A stretch of DNA of 52,775 bases from a virus (taxonomy: Duplodnaviria; Caudoviricetes). The notes under the pieces are model-generated. The model saw only the letters and a program-made list of their open reading frames with translations. It searched no databases and was not told where the DNA came from. Shown here in pieces: positions 18,366 through 28,176 of the stretch; positions within the stretch are counted from its first letter, which is position 1; every line of letters starts with the position of its first letter. The DNA lies in the IMG/VR virus record IMGVR_UViG_3300042569_001606, positions 1 through 52,775 of that record; one strand, 5' to 3'. Position numbers and translations under genes: made by a program.

Positions 18366-18764
18366 ATGTCGAACATCATCCGCACCTTCCGCAGCAAGCC
18401 TTTCGTCGTCATCGCCCGCGACACCAGCGACGTGATCGGCAGCGCAGGCAACAAAGCCCTCGCCAGCGCGATCGGCGCCAGCAAGGCCAGTGAAAACGGT
18501 TACCGCGTGATCGACCTCAGCGACGTCGACGGCTTCCAAGAAGCCGCTGTGAACGCTGCCGATATTGGCAGCGCAATTGTAGCCCAGTACGCCAGCGGCC
18601 TTTCATGCGGGGCAATCGACTGCTGGCTGCGCGAGTCGAAGAACCGATCGTTCCTCGTCGGCGAAACCGTAGCTGACCGTCTGCGCAAGACACTTGGCAA
18701 GCTGTCTCGCGAAGCTGCACGCAAGCAGGTCGCTCAGTGGATCCTCGAAGGGGCCACGGGTTGA
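18366..18764 (+). CDS. Hypothetical protein (moron-like)
   Basis: GAGGAG RBS; follows cassette D. Confidence 0.7.
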   Translation: MSNIIRTFRSKPFVVIARDTSDVIGSAGNKALASAIGASKASENGYRVIDLSDVDGFQEAAVNAADIGSAIVAQYASGLSCGAIDCWLRESKNRSFLVGETVADRLRKTLGKLSREAARKQVAQWILEGATG

Positions 18765-19237
18765 CCTCTCCGATCGCCACCCCGTGGTCGCGGTTGGGTT
18801 TCTGCCCGGTTTGCGCGCAGCAGATCGGGCACCCCTGCCGGACCAAGCACGGCGCGACCCGCCGCAAGCACGACGAACGCCACAAGGAGTACCCCGTGAT
18901 CCTGAAGATCCAGGCCACCAAGCTCGACACCGATCCCATCCTTCGCCAGTTCCTCGGCATCGAGCCCGCCGACGACGTCGATCGGCCACACCGCAGCGTG
19001 GAGGTGAAAGCCCTCGACGCAGCCCTTGCTGCCGCCTTCAACGCGGGTGCCGTCCAGGCCCTCGAAGGGCAGGGACAGCCGTCTGATGTCGCCACCTGCT
19101 GCCGCGCCTTCACCGACGCGCTCCAGCTCCCCTCGACGACGCGGATCGACGCCCTCGTGGCCGCGCTGCTGGCCTACCGGGATCGTGTCGCTGTCGAGTT
19201 CAGCGAGAAGACCCCACGCAGGACCACCCGCCGATGA
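18761..19237 (+). CDS. Zinc-finger-containing hypothetical protein
   Basis: CPVCAQQIGHPC..H..R. Confidence 0.65.
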   Translation: MTSPIATPWSRLGFCPVCAQQIGHPCRTKHGATRRKHDERHKEYPVILKIQATKLDTDPILRQFLGIEPADDVDRPHRSVEVKALDAALAAAFNAGAVQALEGQGQPSDVATCCRAFTDALQLPSTTRIDALVAALLAYRDRVAVEFSEKTPRRTTRR

Positions 19238-19428
19238 CTCTTCCCGCCTCCATCTTCGGGATCACGCCGGTGGTCCCGAAGCCCTCCCGCCTGCTCTTCG
19301 TCGTCATCGAGCCCCGCCGCCTGCGGAACTTCGGGGCTTCCGTCGACGAAGCAGCACGCGCCGCCCAGCGCCACGCCGAGCACCGGCTGGCGCGATTCCG
19401 CCGCTTCGAGGTTGCCGATGAAAGCTGA
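19234..19428 (+). CDS. Hypothetical protein
   Basis: AGGA RBS, ATGA overlap. Confidence 0.55.
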   Translation: MTLPASIFGITPVVPKPSRLLFVVIEPRRLRNFGASVDEAARAAQRHAEHRLARFRRFEVADES

Positions 19429-19630
19429 TCTCTGCCCCGAGTGCTCCCGCCGCCATCGGCAGGAGACGATCCCCGACCGCATTTGGAAGAGGCTTCAAGC
19501 AGGCGCTTTTGCGACGGTGATGGAGTGGCTGACCCTGGGGTACATGGCTTTTGCCTTCGTGGTGATCGCGGCCTTCTCTGTCGCCGTGCTGGTCTTTCTG
19601 GGCACCTACCTGTTCGACGTGCAGCGATGA
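19418..19630 (+). CDS. Small membrane protein
   Basis: CPEC plus a C-terminal hydrophobic helix. Confidence 0.55.
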   Translation: MKADLCPECSRRHRQETIPDRIWKRLQAGAFATVMEWLTLGYMAFAFVVIAAFSVAVLVFLGTYLFDVQR

Positions 19631-19884
19631 AGCGCGTCACCGCTGCACGCCTCGCCCGCGTCATCGCCCGGTACCTCCGCCGACCGGGCAACGGTGCAGG
19701 CGGCAACCTGCACATCGTGCTCGACGACGGAAACACGAAGCGCGCCGATCTCCACTTTTGCGAGCGGTGGGCTGCCGACCGAGGCGACTGGTCTGGGGCT
19801 CGACTCGCCCGCCTGATGGCGACGGCGACACCGACGCAGTGGACCAAGGCGATCAAGCTGGCCAGAGGTGTCAAATGGGAATGA
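19627..19884 (+). CDS. Hypothetical protein
   Basis: ATGA overlap; GGNLHIVLDDGN motif. Confidence 0.65.
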   Translation: MKRVTAARLARVIARYLRRPGNGAGGNLHIVLDDGNTKRADLHFCERWAADRGDWSGARLARLMATATPTQWTKAIKLARGVKWE

Positions 19885-20075
19885 GGGCGAGATTCTGGAC
19901 CGAATGCGATGTGTGCCGCAGCGACGGCATTCACACCGTGGGCGAAGACTCGATGACCAACAACGAGCGAAAACAGAACGATCGCCGCAAAGGTTGGAAG
20001 CGTCTTCGTCACAAAGGGCGCCTCGTCGATGCTTGTCCGGACTGCGTAAACCGCACCCGGCAGACTTCCGCCTGA
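19881..20075 (+). CDS. Small zinc-ribbon protein
   Basis: CDVC...GW...CPDC. Confidence 0.6.
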   Translation: MRARFWTECDVCRSDGIHTVGEDSMTNNERKQNDRRKGWKRLRHKGRLVDACPDCVNRTRQTSA

Positions 20076-20114
20076 CCGCTCCCATCTGAGCCCGCGCCCA
20101 GCTACCGTGGGCAC

Positions 20115-22568
20115 ATGGGCATCTTCGACACTCTCGCCTCCCCCTTTCGCCGCGCCTTCGGCACCAGCCAGCGCGGCACCCTCCCTGCCCTCTCCGCTGC
20201 CGAGGTGGTCGACGCCACGACGGTGGAGCGGTTCCTTGAACGCGCAGAGCGCAACGCAGGCCGCTCGCTTGCGGAATCCGTCGTCACGAACGTGAGCCAA
20301 GGCGGACCGCGCAAGGGCAGCAACGAGATCTTCAAGCTGTACCGGGAGAGCCCGTGGCTCCGGGCCACCTCGCACCACGTCAGCTCGACGGTTGGCGCGG
20401 TCGCGTGGAAGCTGTTCGCGGAACCCACCGAGGGCACCCGCCACGCCACGCGGAAGGCGTACCGGGAGCCGAGCCGCGAACTGCTGATTGCGCCGCCCAC
20501 AGCACGCCACGCGCTGCGCAAGCGTGCCCTTGGCGACGGCTCTTTGGTCGAGATCACCCGCCACCCGTGGCTGACCCTGATGGACCGGCCCAACGCCCTG
20601 ATGCGGGGCAAGGTCGCGCGCCAGTCGACGATCGCCAGCTATGACCTCGTGGGCACCGCAGGGTGGGTAATCGAACGCGGCCCCCAAGACGTGCCGGTGC
20701 GCGGCTACCCTGTCCCCGGTACGTGGATCCAGCGCCGCCCCACCTTCGAGGAACCGACGTGGGGCATCAACATCGGCGGGGTGCAGTGGAACATCCCGGT
20801 GACCGACTTCCTCAGCTTCGAGGATCCTGATCCCGCGCAGCCCTACGGCCCCGGCGCTGGCCTCGGTCTGGCGATCGCTGACGAGCTGGACATTGACGAG
20901 CACGCCGCCAAGACGGTGGGCGCCTACTTCCAGAACGGTGCGATGCCCAACAGCATCGTCTCGATGAAGGGTGCTCGCCCCGACGTGCTCAAGCGCGCCA
21001 AGAGCGACTGGAACAACCTCCTTCAGGGCTTCCGCAAGGCGTACAAAACGCACTTCGTGTCGACGGAGTTGTCTGTCGAGCGCATGGACACGTCGTTCAA
21101 GGACATGGCGCTCATCGAGATCCGCAAGAGCGTGCGCGACACGATCCAGCAGACCTGGGGCGTGCCTCCCGAGAAGCTGGGGATCGTCACGAACAGCAAC
21201 CGCGCAACGTCACAGGCCGCACGCGCGATCGACGCCGAAGACGTGATGGTGCCGCGCCTTGAGGTTCTGCGTGAAGAGTTCCAACGGCTGGCGTCGATGT
21301 TCGATGACCGCCTTGTCGTCGACTACGAAGACCCGGTGCCCGCCGACATCGAGGTGAAACGCGGGGTCTACTCCGCCTTTGCCGGTCGCTTCACCGTCGA
21401 CGAGGAACGGGCACTGGCGGGAGATCCGCCGCTCCCCGAGGGCCACGGCGGTAACGGGTTCATCGTCAACGGCATCTGGTATCCACGGCTGACGGACCTC
21501 CGCCCCGACATCCGCGCCGACCACATCGCGGCGGGCATCCCCTCGGTCAACGAAGCACGCGATCGCCTGCGGCTCCCCCCGCGTTCAGACGGCTACGTTC
21601 CGACGTCGTCGATGCCGATGTTGGCCCCTGCACCTGAGCCAGCACCCGCACCGGAAGCGCCTGCGGCGGAGGATGCGCCCCAGACCGCTGCCGACCTCCT
21701 GATGAACACCGCGACGCAGAAACGCAGCGTGCCGCTCGACGCCATCAAGCGCATCGTCAACGAAGTGAGCGTGCGCGCCATGTACGACCAGATGGGCCCG
21801 GTGATCGGTCGCCTCATCGACGCGTGGGGGCAGGAGACGCTGAACGTTGTCGGTGACCTCGTGGAGCAGGACGCCGGCACCTTCGATGGCGACAGCGCCA
21901 GCGTTCGCGGTCACATGCGCGCTCTGGCGACGGAGCGGATTCAGAAGCTCATCAACACGACGACGCGAGAAGAGGTGCGCGCCGCCATCGAGCAGGTCAA
22001 CCGCGACGGTGGCGAGATCGACGACTACGTCAGCGCGATCGGCAAGGTGTTCGAGCGGGCACGCGTCGTGCGCTCGCAGGTCATCGCGGAAACCGAGTCG
22101 ATCGTGCACTCGCAGTACGCCGGGGTGGAAGCGCTCAAGCAGTCCGGCATCACGATGAAAAAGGAGTGGATCGCCACCCAGGACGGGCGCACCCGCGACG
22201 CCCACCTGTCCCTCGACGGCCAGCGCCGTGAACTTGACGAGGCTTTCAGCGTGCCGTCTGGCCAGTACCAAGGGGCCAAGGCTCAGCAGCCCGGTGGATT
22301 CCGGATCGGTGCCCTCGACATCAACTGCCGCTGCGTCGTCGGCAGCGTGATCGAAGACTCCGAGTTGGCTGCCAAGCTGGCCACACGCGGCGTGAGCGGC
22401 GTGGCCCTCCTGACCCCCAACAGCACGGCGGAGCAGCGAGCGGCAGCGTGGAGGGCTGCTGACGAAACGCTGCGCCCGTGGGACAGTCGCATTGCCAAGG
22501 CGGCACGCGACGGGTTCGACGCTCAGGAGGTCGCCGTGCTGGCTGCCCTCACAGACGCCCTGGCCTGA
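20115..22568 (+). CDS. Portal protein fused to MuF/SPP1 gp7-like head morphogenesis domain
   Basis: YFQNGAMP, WGVPPEKLG, TVDEER portal motifs; C-terminal IAETE, KKEWIATQDGRTRDAH, DINCRC. Confidence 0.88.
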   Translation: MGIFDTLASPFRRAFGTSQRGTLPALSAAEVVDATTVERFLERAERNAGRSLAESVVTNVSQGGPRKGSNEIFKLYRESPWLRATSHHVSSTVGAVAWKLFAEPTEGTRHATRKAYREPSRELLIAPPTARHALRKRALGDGSLVEITRHPWLTLMDRPNALMRGKVARQSTIASYDLVGTAGWVIERGPQDVPVRGYPVPGTWIQRRPTFEEPTWGINIGGVQWNIPVTDFLSFEDPDPAQPYGPGAGLGLAIADELDIDEHAAKTVGAYFQNGAMPNSIVSMKGARPDVLKRAKSDWNNLLQGFRKAYKTHFVSTELSVERMDTSFKDMALIEIRKSVRDTIQQTWGVPPEKLGIVTNSNRATSQAARAIDAEDVMVPRLEVLREEFQRLASMFDDRLVVDYEDPVPADIEVKRGVYSAFAGRFTVDEERALAGDPPLPEGHGGNGFIVNGIWYPRLTDLRPDIRADHIAAGIPSVNEARDRLRLPPRSDGYVPTSSMPMLAPAPEPAPAPEAPAAEDAPQTAADLLMNTATQKRSVPLDAIKRIVNEVSVRAMYDQMGPVIGRLIDAWGQETLNVVGDLVEQDAGTFDGDSASVRGHMRALATERIQKLINTTTREEVRAAIEQVNRDGGEIDDYVSAIGKVFERARVVRSQVIAETESIVHSQYAGVEALKQSGITMKKEWIATQDGRTRDAHLSLDGQRRELDEAFSVPSGQYQGAKAQQPGGFRIGALDINCRCVVGSVIEDSELAAKLATRGVSGVALLTPNSTAEQRAAAWRAADETLRPWDSRIAKAARDGFDAQEVAVLAALTDALA

Positions 22569-22590
22569 TGGCCCCACTTGGAGGATCGAC

Positions 22591-23964
22591 ATGCACCGCC
22601 GCAACAACCGCACCGCCACCCAGACCCGCGACATCCGTCGTGACCCGTTCGCGCAGTGGACGCGGAAGCCGACCAAGGGGGCCACGCTGGAGCTGCCCGG
22701 TCGCGCCACCGACGTGGTCACCCTCAGCCGCGACGCCGGCAAGGCCCGCGACCAGATCGCCGCCCTGCTGCGCGACGCACCCAAGGAGGTCCGCGAAGCT
22801 GCCGTTGAGGCAGACGCCACGGGCCTCGGCGACGTCGTGGCCAAGGTCACGATCTCCAACGAGCGCGTCGACAGCTACGACTCGACGTTGGCCGTTGACG
22901 GCTGGGACGTGAGCGACTTCCAGCGCAACCCGGTCGTGCTCTACGCCCACGATCAGAGCGGGGTGCCTGTCGGTCGCGACATCGGCGTGCACACCCGCGC
23001 AGGCGTCGACGGTGCGGCAGGCGCGCTCATCGGCGTGACCCGCTTCGTGAGCGAAGAGCTGGATCCCTTCGGTGCGAAGATCGCCCGGTTCGTTCAGGCC
23101 GGCATCCTCCGCACGACGTCGGTGGGCTTCGAGCCGCTGGAGTTCGAGATCGCCGAGGATCGCGACACCGGCGACAGCTGGTTTGCCCCCATCGACTTCA
23201 CCCGGCAGCGCCTGCGTGAGTACTCGTGGTGCGCGGTTCCGGCGAACCCCGATTGCCTCGTCGATGGTGCCCGCCTCGCCAAGCACGGGATCACCCGCCG
23301 CGATGTCGACGAGCTGTTGGAGCGCGCGATCGAAAACACGGACAGCCTGTTTGTCCCGCGCCGTGAGCTGGTCGCACTCAAGCGTGCGGCGACGGGCACC
23401 CGCGTGATCGTCGACCTCGGCGCCCTCGGCAGCTTCCAGCTCACGCCGGTCCGTGCTCCGGTTGCCGCCGACGACAACGTGGCCAACCCGGAAGCGTACG
23501 CCGACGACGAAGACGCCCACCCCGAAGACGACGGCACCGGTGATGCCGCCCGCGCCGAGGGCGACATGCCCGAAGAACCCGAGGTGATGCTGATGTGCCC
23601 CGATTGCGGCACCCAGCGCGCCGCCGTGGACTTCGTGGTCGTCGAGCCCGAAGCCGAAGACGAGGGCAGCGCCGAGGGCGAACCCGCTGAAGGCGAAGGC
23701 ATGGGCGAAGGCGAAGGTGAGCTGAACGAAGACGAGGCCCGCGCCGACCTCGAAGACGACGGCGATGCTTTCGGCAAGGAGAGCGGCCCCAAGCTGGAGA
23801 AGATCAGCACCGCTGTCTTGGAGCGGGAGCTGGCCCGCCGCCAGCGTTCCGGCGCTCTCGACAGCCGCCGCGCTCCGGGCCACGATGACCTGATGGAAGC
23901 CGCCAACGTTGCGGCGGATCTGGTCGAGGATCTGGAGCTGGAAACCCTCGGCCGTCTGCCCTGA
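22591..23964 (+). CDS. HK97-family prohead protease with acidic C-terminal extension
   Basis: NPVVLYAHD, TSVGFEP, LREYSWCAVPANP; GGAGG RBS. Confidence 0.9.
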   Translation: MHRRNNRTATQTRDIRRDPFAQWTRKPTKGATLELPGRATDVVTLSRDAGKARDQIAALLRDAPKEVREAAVEADATGLGDVVAKVTISNERVDSYDSTLAVDGWDVSDFQRNPVVLYAHDQSGVPVGRDIGVHTRAGVDGAAGALIGVTRFVSEELDPFGAKIARFVQAGILRTTSVGFEPLEFEIAEDRDTGDSWFAPIDFTRQRLREYSWCAVPANPDCLVDGARLAKHGITRRDVDELLERAIENTDSLFVPRRELVALKRAATGTRVIVDLGALGSFQLTPVRAPVAADDNVANPEAYADDEDAHPEDDGTGDAARAEGDMPEEPEVMLMCPDCGTQRAAVDFVVVEPEAEDEGSAEGEPAEGEGMGEGEGELNEDEARADLEDDGDAFGKESGPKLEKISTAVLERELARRQRSGALDSRRAPGHDDLMEAANVAADLVEDLELETLGRLP

Positions 23965-24027
23965 ACCCAACCCTGTCCCCCCTCGACAACGCCCCAGAGG
24001 GTCCGCCCTCGCTCAAGGAGAGAAACC

Positions 24028-25470
24028 ATGCACCGCCGCACCGTCCCCCCGACCCGCAACGCCTCGGCCCCGGCTTCCCGGTCGGGCATCAGCCCCACCG
24101 CCCTCGCTGACGCCACCCAGCGCGTGCTCGAACAGCGCGCCGCCGCCCGCCGTGGCGCCCCGGCTGTCCACACCTCGGACCGCTCGCAGCGCTACACCCA
24201 GCGCGACTACGACCTGATGGCCCTCGACAACGGCGCCCACCGTGAGGGTATGGAGCGCCGCGCCCGGACCAACGAAGAGGTCCGCCGCGATCGCATCGAC
24301 AGCCGCGACGGCACCGTGCGCGACGAAGATGGCCGCGCTGTCCGCAACACCGGCGCCTTCCGCAAGCGCCAGTTCACCGAGATGCGCGGCCAGCGCACCC
24401 GTGGCGCGGCCTCCGGCGTGCCGACCCTCGGCAACGACAGCCCCGTGGGCCTCCGGATCTCCGGGTTCCTGGCCTACATGGCGATGGCCCAGGGCGACCC
24501 GCAGAAGGCGTACCGCATCGCCAAGGAGCACGGCGCCGACCCCGTCGTGATCCGTACCCTCGGTGAGTCGACGATCTCGGCGGGTGGCGCCACGATCCCC
24601 GAGGTCATGGTGGAGGACTACATCGAGCTGCTGTACGCCTCGACGGTCTACCTCCAGGGCAACCCGATGCGTCTCGATGCCCCCGGTGGCAACCTGACCC
24701 TCCCGAAGATCGCGACCGGCGCGATGGGCGGCTGGATCGGCGAGAACGCGAACGTGCCGAAGTCGGCCCCGACCTTTGGTCAGGTCAAGGTCGATCTGAA
24801 GTACCTCGGCGTGCTCGTGCCGATCGCCAACCGCCTCATCCGCCACAGCCCGATGGCCGTGGAAACCCTTGTGCGCGATGACCTCGTGGCGAACGCCTCG
24901 GTGCTCATCGACACGGCTGCGATCCGGGGCACCGGCTCGGTCCACCAGCCCAAGGGCCTGCGCCAGATGGCGGCTGCGGCCAACGTCTTCGCTCAGACCG
25001 GCACCAGCGTCGCGGCCATCACGACCGACACGGCCAAGATGCAGCGCCTGCTTGAAGACGCGAAGATGAAGTTCGTGCGCCCGTACTGGATGATGGCGCC
25101 GCGCACCCGCTGGGGCCTGATGGCTGCCCGCGACGGCAACAACAACCTCGTGTGGGCCGACGAGATGAGCCGTGGCGAGTTCCAGGGCAAGCCTTTCGGC
25201 GTCACCCAGAGCATCCCCACCAACCTCGGCGGCGGCAGCGACTCCGAGCTGTATCTGGTCGACATGATCCACCAGATCTTCGCCGAAGGTGTGGGCGACG
25301 ACGGCCTGCGCGTCGAGGCTCGTGACGGTGTCGCCTACCACGACGGATCGCAGGTCGTGGCGGCGTTCTCGCAGGACCAGACCGTTGTTCGCCTCATCCA
25401 GTCGGCGGACATCGTCAGCCGCCAGGACGGCAACGAGATCAGCGTGCTGACCGGCGTCACGATCGCCTGA
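24028..25470 (+). CDS. Major capsid protein (HK97 fold)
   Basis: GGATIPE, WIGEN, GTGSVHQPKGL, WMMAP, AFSQDQTVVR; AGGAG RBS. Confidence 0.92.
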   Translation: MHRRTVPPTRNASAPASRSGISPTALADATQRVLEQRAAARRGAPAVHTSDRSQRYTQRDYDLMALDNGAHREGMERRARTNEEVRRDRIDSRDGTVRDEDGRAVRNTGAFRKRQFTEMRGQRTRGAASGVPTLGNDSPVGLRISGFLAYMAMAQGDPQKAYRIAKEHGADPVVIRTLGESTISAGGATIPEVMVEDYIELLYASTVYLQGNPMRLDAPGGNLTLPKIATGAMGGWIGENANVPKSAPTFGQVKVDLKYLGVLVPIANRLIRHSPMAVETLVRDDLVANASVLIDTAAIRGTGSVHQPKGLRQMAAAANVFAQTGTSVAAITTDTAKMQRLLEDAKMKFVRPYWMMAPRTRWGLMAARDGNNNLVWADEMSRGEFQGKPFGVTQSIPTNLGGGSDSELYLVDMIHQIFAEGVGDDGLRVEARDGVAYHDGSQVVAAFSQDQTVVRLIQSADIVSRQDGNEISVLTGVTIA

Positions 25471-25476
25471 GCAACC

Positions 25477-25521
25477 GGGGCAGGGTGGGGCTTCGGCCTC
25501 GCCCTGCCCTTCGCCTTTCCC
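25477..25521 (+). terminator. Hairpin after the capsid gene (cUUCGg loop)
   Basis: GGGCAGGGTGGGGC-TTCG-GCCTCGCCCTGCCC followed by a pyrimidine tract. Confidence 0.6.
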
Positions 25522-25561
25522 TTCACCCTCGCCTTCACCTTCCGCTCTCAGGAGCCCGCAC

Positions 25562-25981
25562 ATGTCCCACGCATCGCGCAACAACATCGGCGCCTACGTC
25601 GCCACTCGTCAGGGCACTCCCAACCTCTCGCAGGCCGCAGGCAGCCGGAACGGTGCAGCCATCGACCGCTCCAGCTTCTTGTCGCTCGTGCTGATTGACG
25701 CGGTCGGCGCTGCCACCGGCACCCCGTCGACGCAGACGCACGACCTCAAGCTCCAAGAGTCCGATGACGGCAGCACCGGCTGGACCGACGTCAGCGGCGC
25801 GGCCCTTCCCCAGAAGACCACGGCCACCGCCGAGGTCCGCCGCCTCGACGTCAACCTTGCCGGCGTCAAGCGCTTCATCCGCACCGTCGAAACCAACGCG
25901 TTCACGGGCGGCACCAGCCCTGCGTTCCCGTCGGCGTCGATCGTCGTGCTCGGTGGTGCTGACGACCTGCCCGCCGTCTGA
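25562..25981 (+). CDS. Putative capsid cement/decoration protein
   Basis: KLQESDDGSTGWTDV..KRFIR; directly after the capsid gene. Confidence 0.65.
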   Translation: MSHASRNNIGAYVATRQGTPNLSQAAGSRNGAAIDRSSFLSLVLIDAVGAATGTPSTQTHDLKLQESDDGSTGWTDVSGAALPQKTTATAEVRRLDVNLAGVKRFIRTVETNAFTGGTSPAFPSASIVVLGGADDLPAV

Positions 25982-26005
25982 GCCAGGCTGACCCTTGAGG
26001 TTCGA

Positions 26006-26047
26006 GAAAGGGCGCGCACGTCATTCCGACGGCGCGCCCTTTCCTGT
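26006..26047 (+). terminator. Putative terminator
   Basis: AAAGGGCGCGC/GCGCGCCCTTT inverted repeat. Confidence 0.55.
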
Positions 26048-26070
26048 TACGGTGGCCAAAGGAGATCCCA

Positions 26071-26469
26071 ATGGCCAAAAAAAAGACCGATTCCGATGTG
26101 CTCGACCCCACCGACACCCCCGTGGTCGACGGTGCCGCCGCCGCTGCTGAGCCCTCCGCCTTCGCTCGTGTCGTGACCGCGATCGCCGAGGTCGTGCGCC
26201 CGTCCAACGTCGTCGACTTCGTTGACCACACCGGCAGCGCACGCCGCGCCAAGGTCAACAGCGGCGGCTACGTCGAGATGTTCGCCGCCGCCCAGCTCGA
26301 CGGCGTGCAGAATGGGGAGCGCTTCGGCGAACGCCCTGCCCTTGCCTTCCGCCTCGTCGCCGAGGGCAAAGCCCGCTTGGCTGACGAAACGGCCTTTGCG
26401 GCGGAGGACATCACCAGTGTGCGAGAAGATGGCGGTGACGACGCGTCCACGGACCTCGCCACCGCTTGA
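26071..26469 (+). CDS. Hypothetical protein
   Basis: AAGGAG RBS. Confidence 0.7.
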   Translation: MAKKKTDSDVLDPTDTPVVDGAAAAAEPSAFARVVTAIAEVVRPSNVVDFVDHTGSARRAKVNSGGYVEMFAAAQLDGVQNGERFGERPALAFRLVAEGKARLADETAFAAEDITSVREDGGDDASTDLATA

Positions 26470-26587
26470 CCTCGACGAGAGAGAGGCGCTGGCGCAAGAC
26501 CTCTACGACATCGGTGCCGCCGCCAACCTCGCCCTCGCCCGTGTGATGGCCAGCAACCCGGCCAACTGGCCCAACGACGACGAGTAA
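26429..26587 (+). CDS. Possible small hypothetical protein
   Basis: Fills the gap before the adaptor gene; start uncertain. Confidence 0.35.
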   Translation: MAVTTRPRTSPPLDLDEREALAQDLYDIGAAANLALARVMASNPANWPNDDE

Positions 26588-26590
26588 ACG

Positions 26591-27259
26591 ATGCCCCTGC
26601 CTGAGTCTGCCCTGACGACCCTCGCCAAGTTGAAAGCTCAGCTCAGGATCACCGACTCGTCGGCGGATGCCCTGCTGGAGGACGCGATCACCGGCGCGTC
26701 GCAAATGGTCGCGGACTTCATCGGTCGGCGCATCCACTTCCAGAGCATCACGGCGGAGAAGGCCACCGGCAGCGGCACCCCCGAGCTGTCGCTGTCGGTT
26801 TGGCCCGTGCTCGCTGTGACGCTGATTGAGGCGACCGACGGCGCCGTGATCGTGCCGACCTACTCCTGCGACGGTGAAGACGCAGCAGCGGGCATTGTGC
26901 GCTCTTTGGTGGGGTGCTGGCAGTGGAGCCCCGGACTCATCGGCGAAGGCATCGGCGGCGATCCCGTTGTCGGTCACGACGTCCCCAACTACCTCGTGAC
27001 CTACTCCGGTGGCTGGCTCACGCCCAACCAATCCGCCGTCGTCGGTGCCACCCCGCTGCCGGCGTCCATCGAGCTGGCTGCCCTGCTGCTCGCCACGAAC
27101 CTGTATGCGGCCTTCGGCACCGATGTCGCCGTGGCCAGCGAGTCGCTGATGTCCTACAGCGTCTCCTACGGGAACCCCGACAGCCTGTATGGGGCCAGCG
27201 GCCTCCCGAAGCGCATCGAGGCGATGCTGTCCCCCTACCGCGCCCTGAGCCAGTGCTGA
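26591..27259 (+). CDS. Head-tail adaptor (HK97 gp6-like)
   Basis: LTTLAKLKAQLRI..DALLEDAITGAS..FIGR; VTYSGG; MLSPYR. Confidence 0.8.
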   Translation: MPLPESALTTLAKLKAQLRITDSSADALLEDAITGASQMVADFIGRRIHFQSITAEKATGSGTPELSLSVWPVLAVTLIEATDGAVIVPTYSCDGEDAAAGIVRSLVGCWQWSPGLIGEGIGGDPVVGHDVPNYLVTYSGGWLTPNQSAVVGATPLPASIELAALLLATNLYAAFGTDVAVASESLMSYSVSYGNPDSLYGASGLPKRIEAMLSPYRALSQC

Positions 27260-27266
27260 GGCCAAC

Positions 27267-27608
27267 ATGCTGATCACCCCGTGGCTCATTCACACCGTCA
27301 CCCGCGCACGACGAACCGGGATCAGCTCGAAGGGCGATCCCACCTACGGCACCCAGGAGACGATCCGGGCTCGTGTCGAGTTCGTGCAGCGCATGACCCG
27401 CAGCGCCGAGGGCAAAGAGGTGATCAGCAACTGCGAGATGGCGTTGCTGGATCGGCCCCTTTACGACGACGTGTTTTGGTTGCCGTCGATCGCGGGCTCG
27501 GTCGCTGACGACACGTCGAGCCAAAGCGCAGGCCGCACGCCGGTCCAAATCAAGGGCGCCACCAACAAGCTCGGCACCCAACAGCTCTGGATCGTCAGCT
27601 TCGGCTGA
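27267..27608 (+). CDS. Putative head closure protein
   Basis: Position, size and GDPTY..ARVE motif. Confidence 0.6.
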   Translation: MLITPWLIHTVTRARRTGISSKGDPTYGTQETIRARVEFVQRMTRSAEGKEVISNCEMALLDRPLYDDVFWLPSIAGSVADDTSSQSAGRTPVQIKGATNKLGTQQLWIVSFG

Positions 27609-27621
27609 TACGCTGGGCGGC

Positions 27622-28173
27622 ATGTTCTACATGCCGATGGCCGTCGTTGTCCGTTCCGTCGACCAGACCACGGCGGACCTCAAGAAGCAGATGGAGCTCT
27701 ACCAGAACGCCTTCGTGGGCGCGGTGTATCTCCTTGGCACCGAGGTGGTCACACGCGCGATGCGCAAGACCCCCGTCGACACCGGATACCTGCGAGCGTC
27801 GCGGTACGTGCTCAAGCCCAGCCACGTCGCAGCGGGTTCCCCCTTCGAGGTCGTGGTGGGCTTCTCCGCCCCATATGCGATCTTCGTTCACGAGCGCGAT
27901 CGCAACTACACCGTCGGTGAGTGGAAGTTCCTCAGCAAAGCGTTTGCCGAGGTCACGAGCGGCGCCGACGCCTTCTTGGCGAAGATGACGGAGAAGCTGG
28001 CGCTGGCCGGAATGGACATCGGCGGCATCCCCGAGGTTCACCCCACCGGCCCGCTCGTGGGGCCCCAGATTCACCCGCGCCTGCGGGCTCGACGTCGCAA
28101 GCTCGACGCCCAGGCCAAGCAAGACAAGCGGCGTGGCCTTGCCCGCACACCCTCCCCCCGCAAAAGGAAGTGA
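27622..28173 (+). CDS. HK97 gp10-like neck/tail completion protein
   Basis: PVDTGYLRAS, APYAIFVHE, KFL. Confidence 0.8.
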   Translation: MFYMPMAVVVRSVDQTTADLKKQMELYQNAFVGAVYLLGTEVVTRAMRKTPVDTGYLRASRYVLKPSHVAAGSPFEVVVGFSAPYAIFVHERDRNYTVGEWKFLSKAFAEVTSGADAFLAKMTEKLALAGMDIGGIPEVHPTGPLVGPQIHPRLRARRRKLDAQAKQDKRRGLARTPSPRKRK

Positions 28174-28176
28174 TCG

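Noticed and set aside
25498-25545. Pyrimidine hexamer tract partly complementary to the EGEG-coding stretch of the protease (about 23690-23720)
   Set aside because: Low-complexity, imperfect match that is probably coincidental
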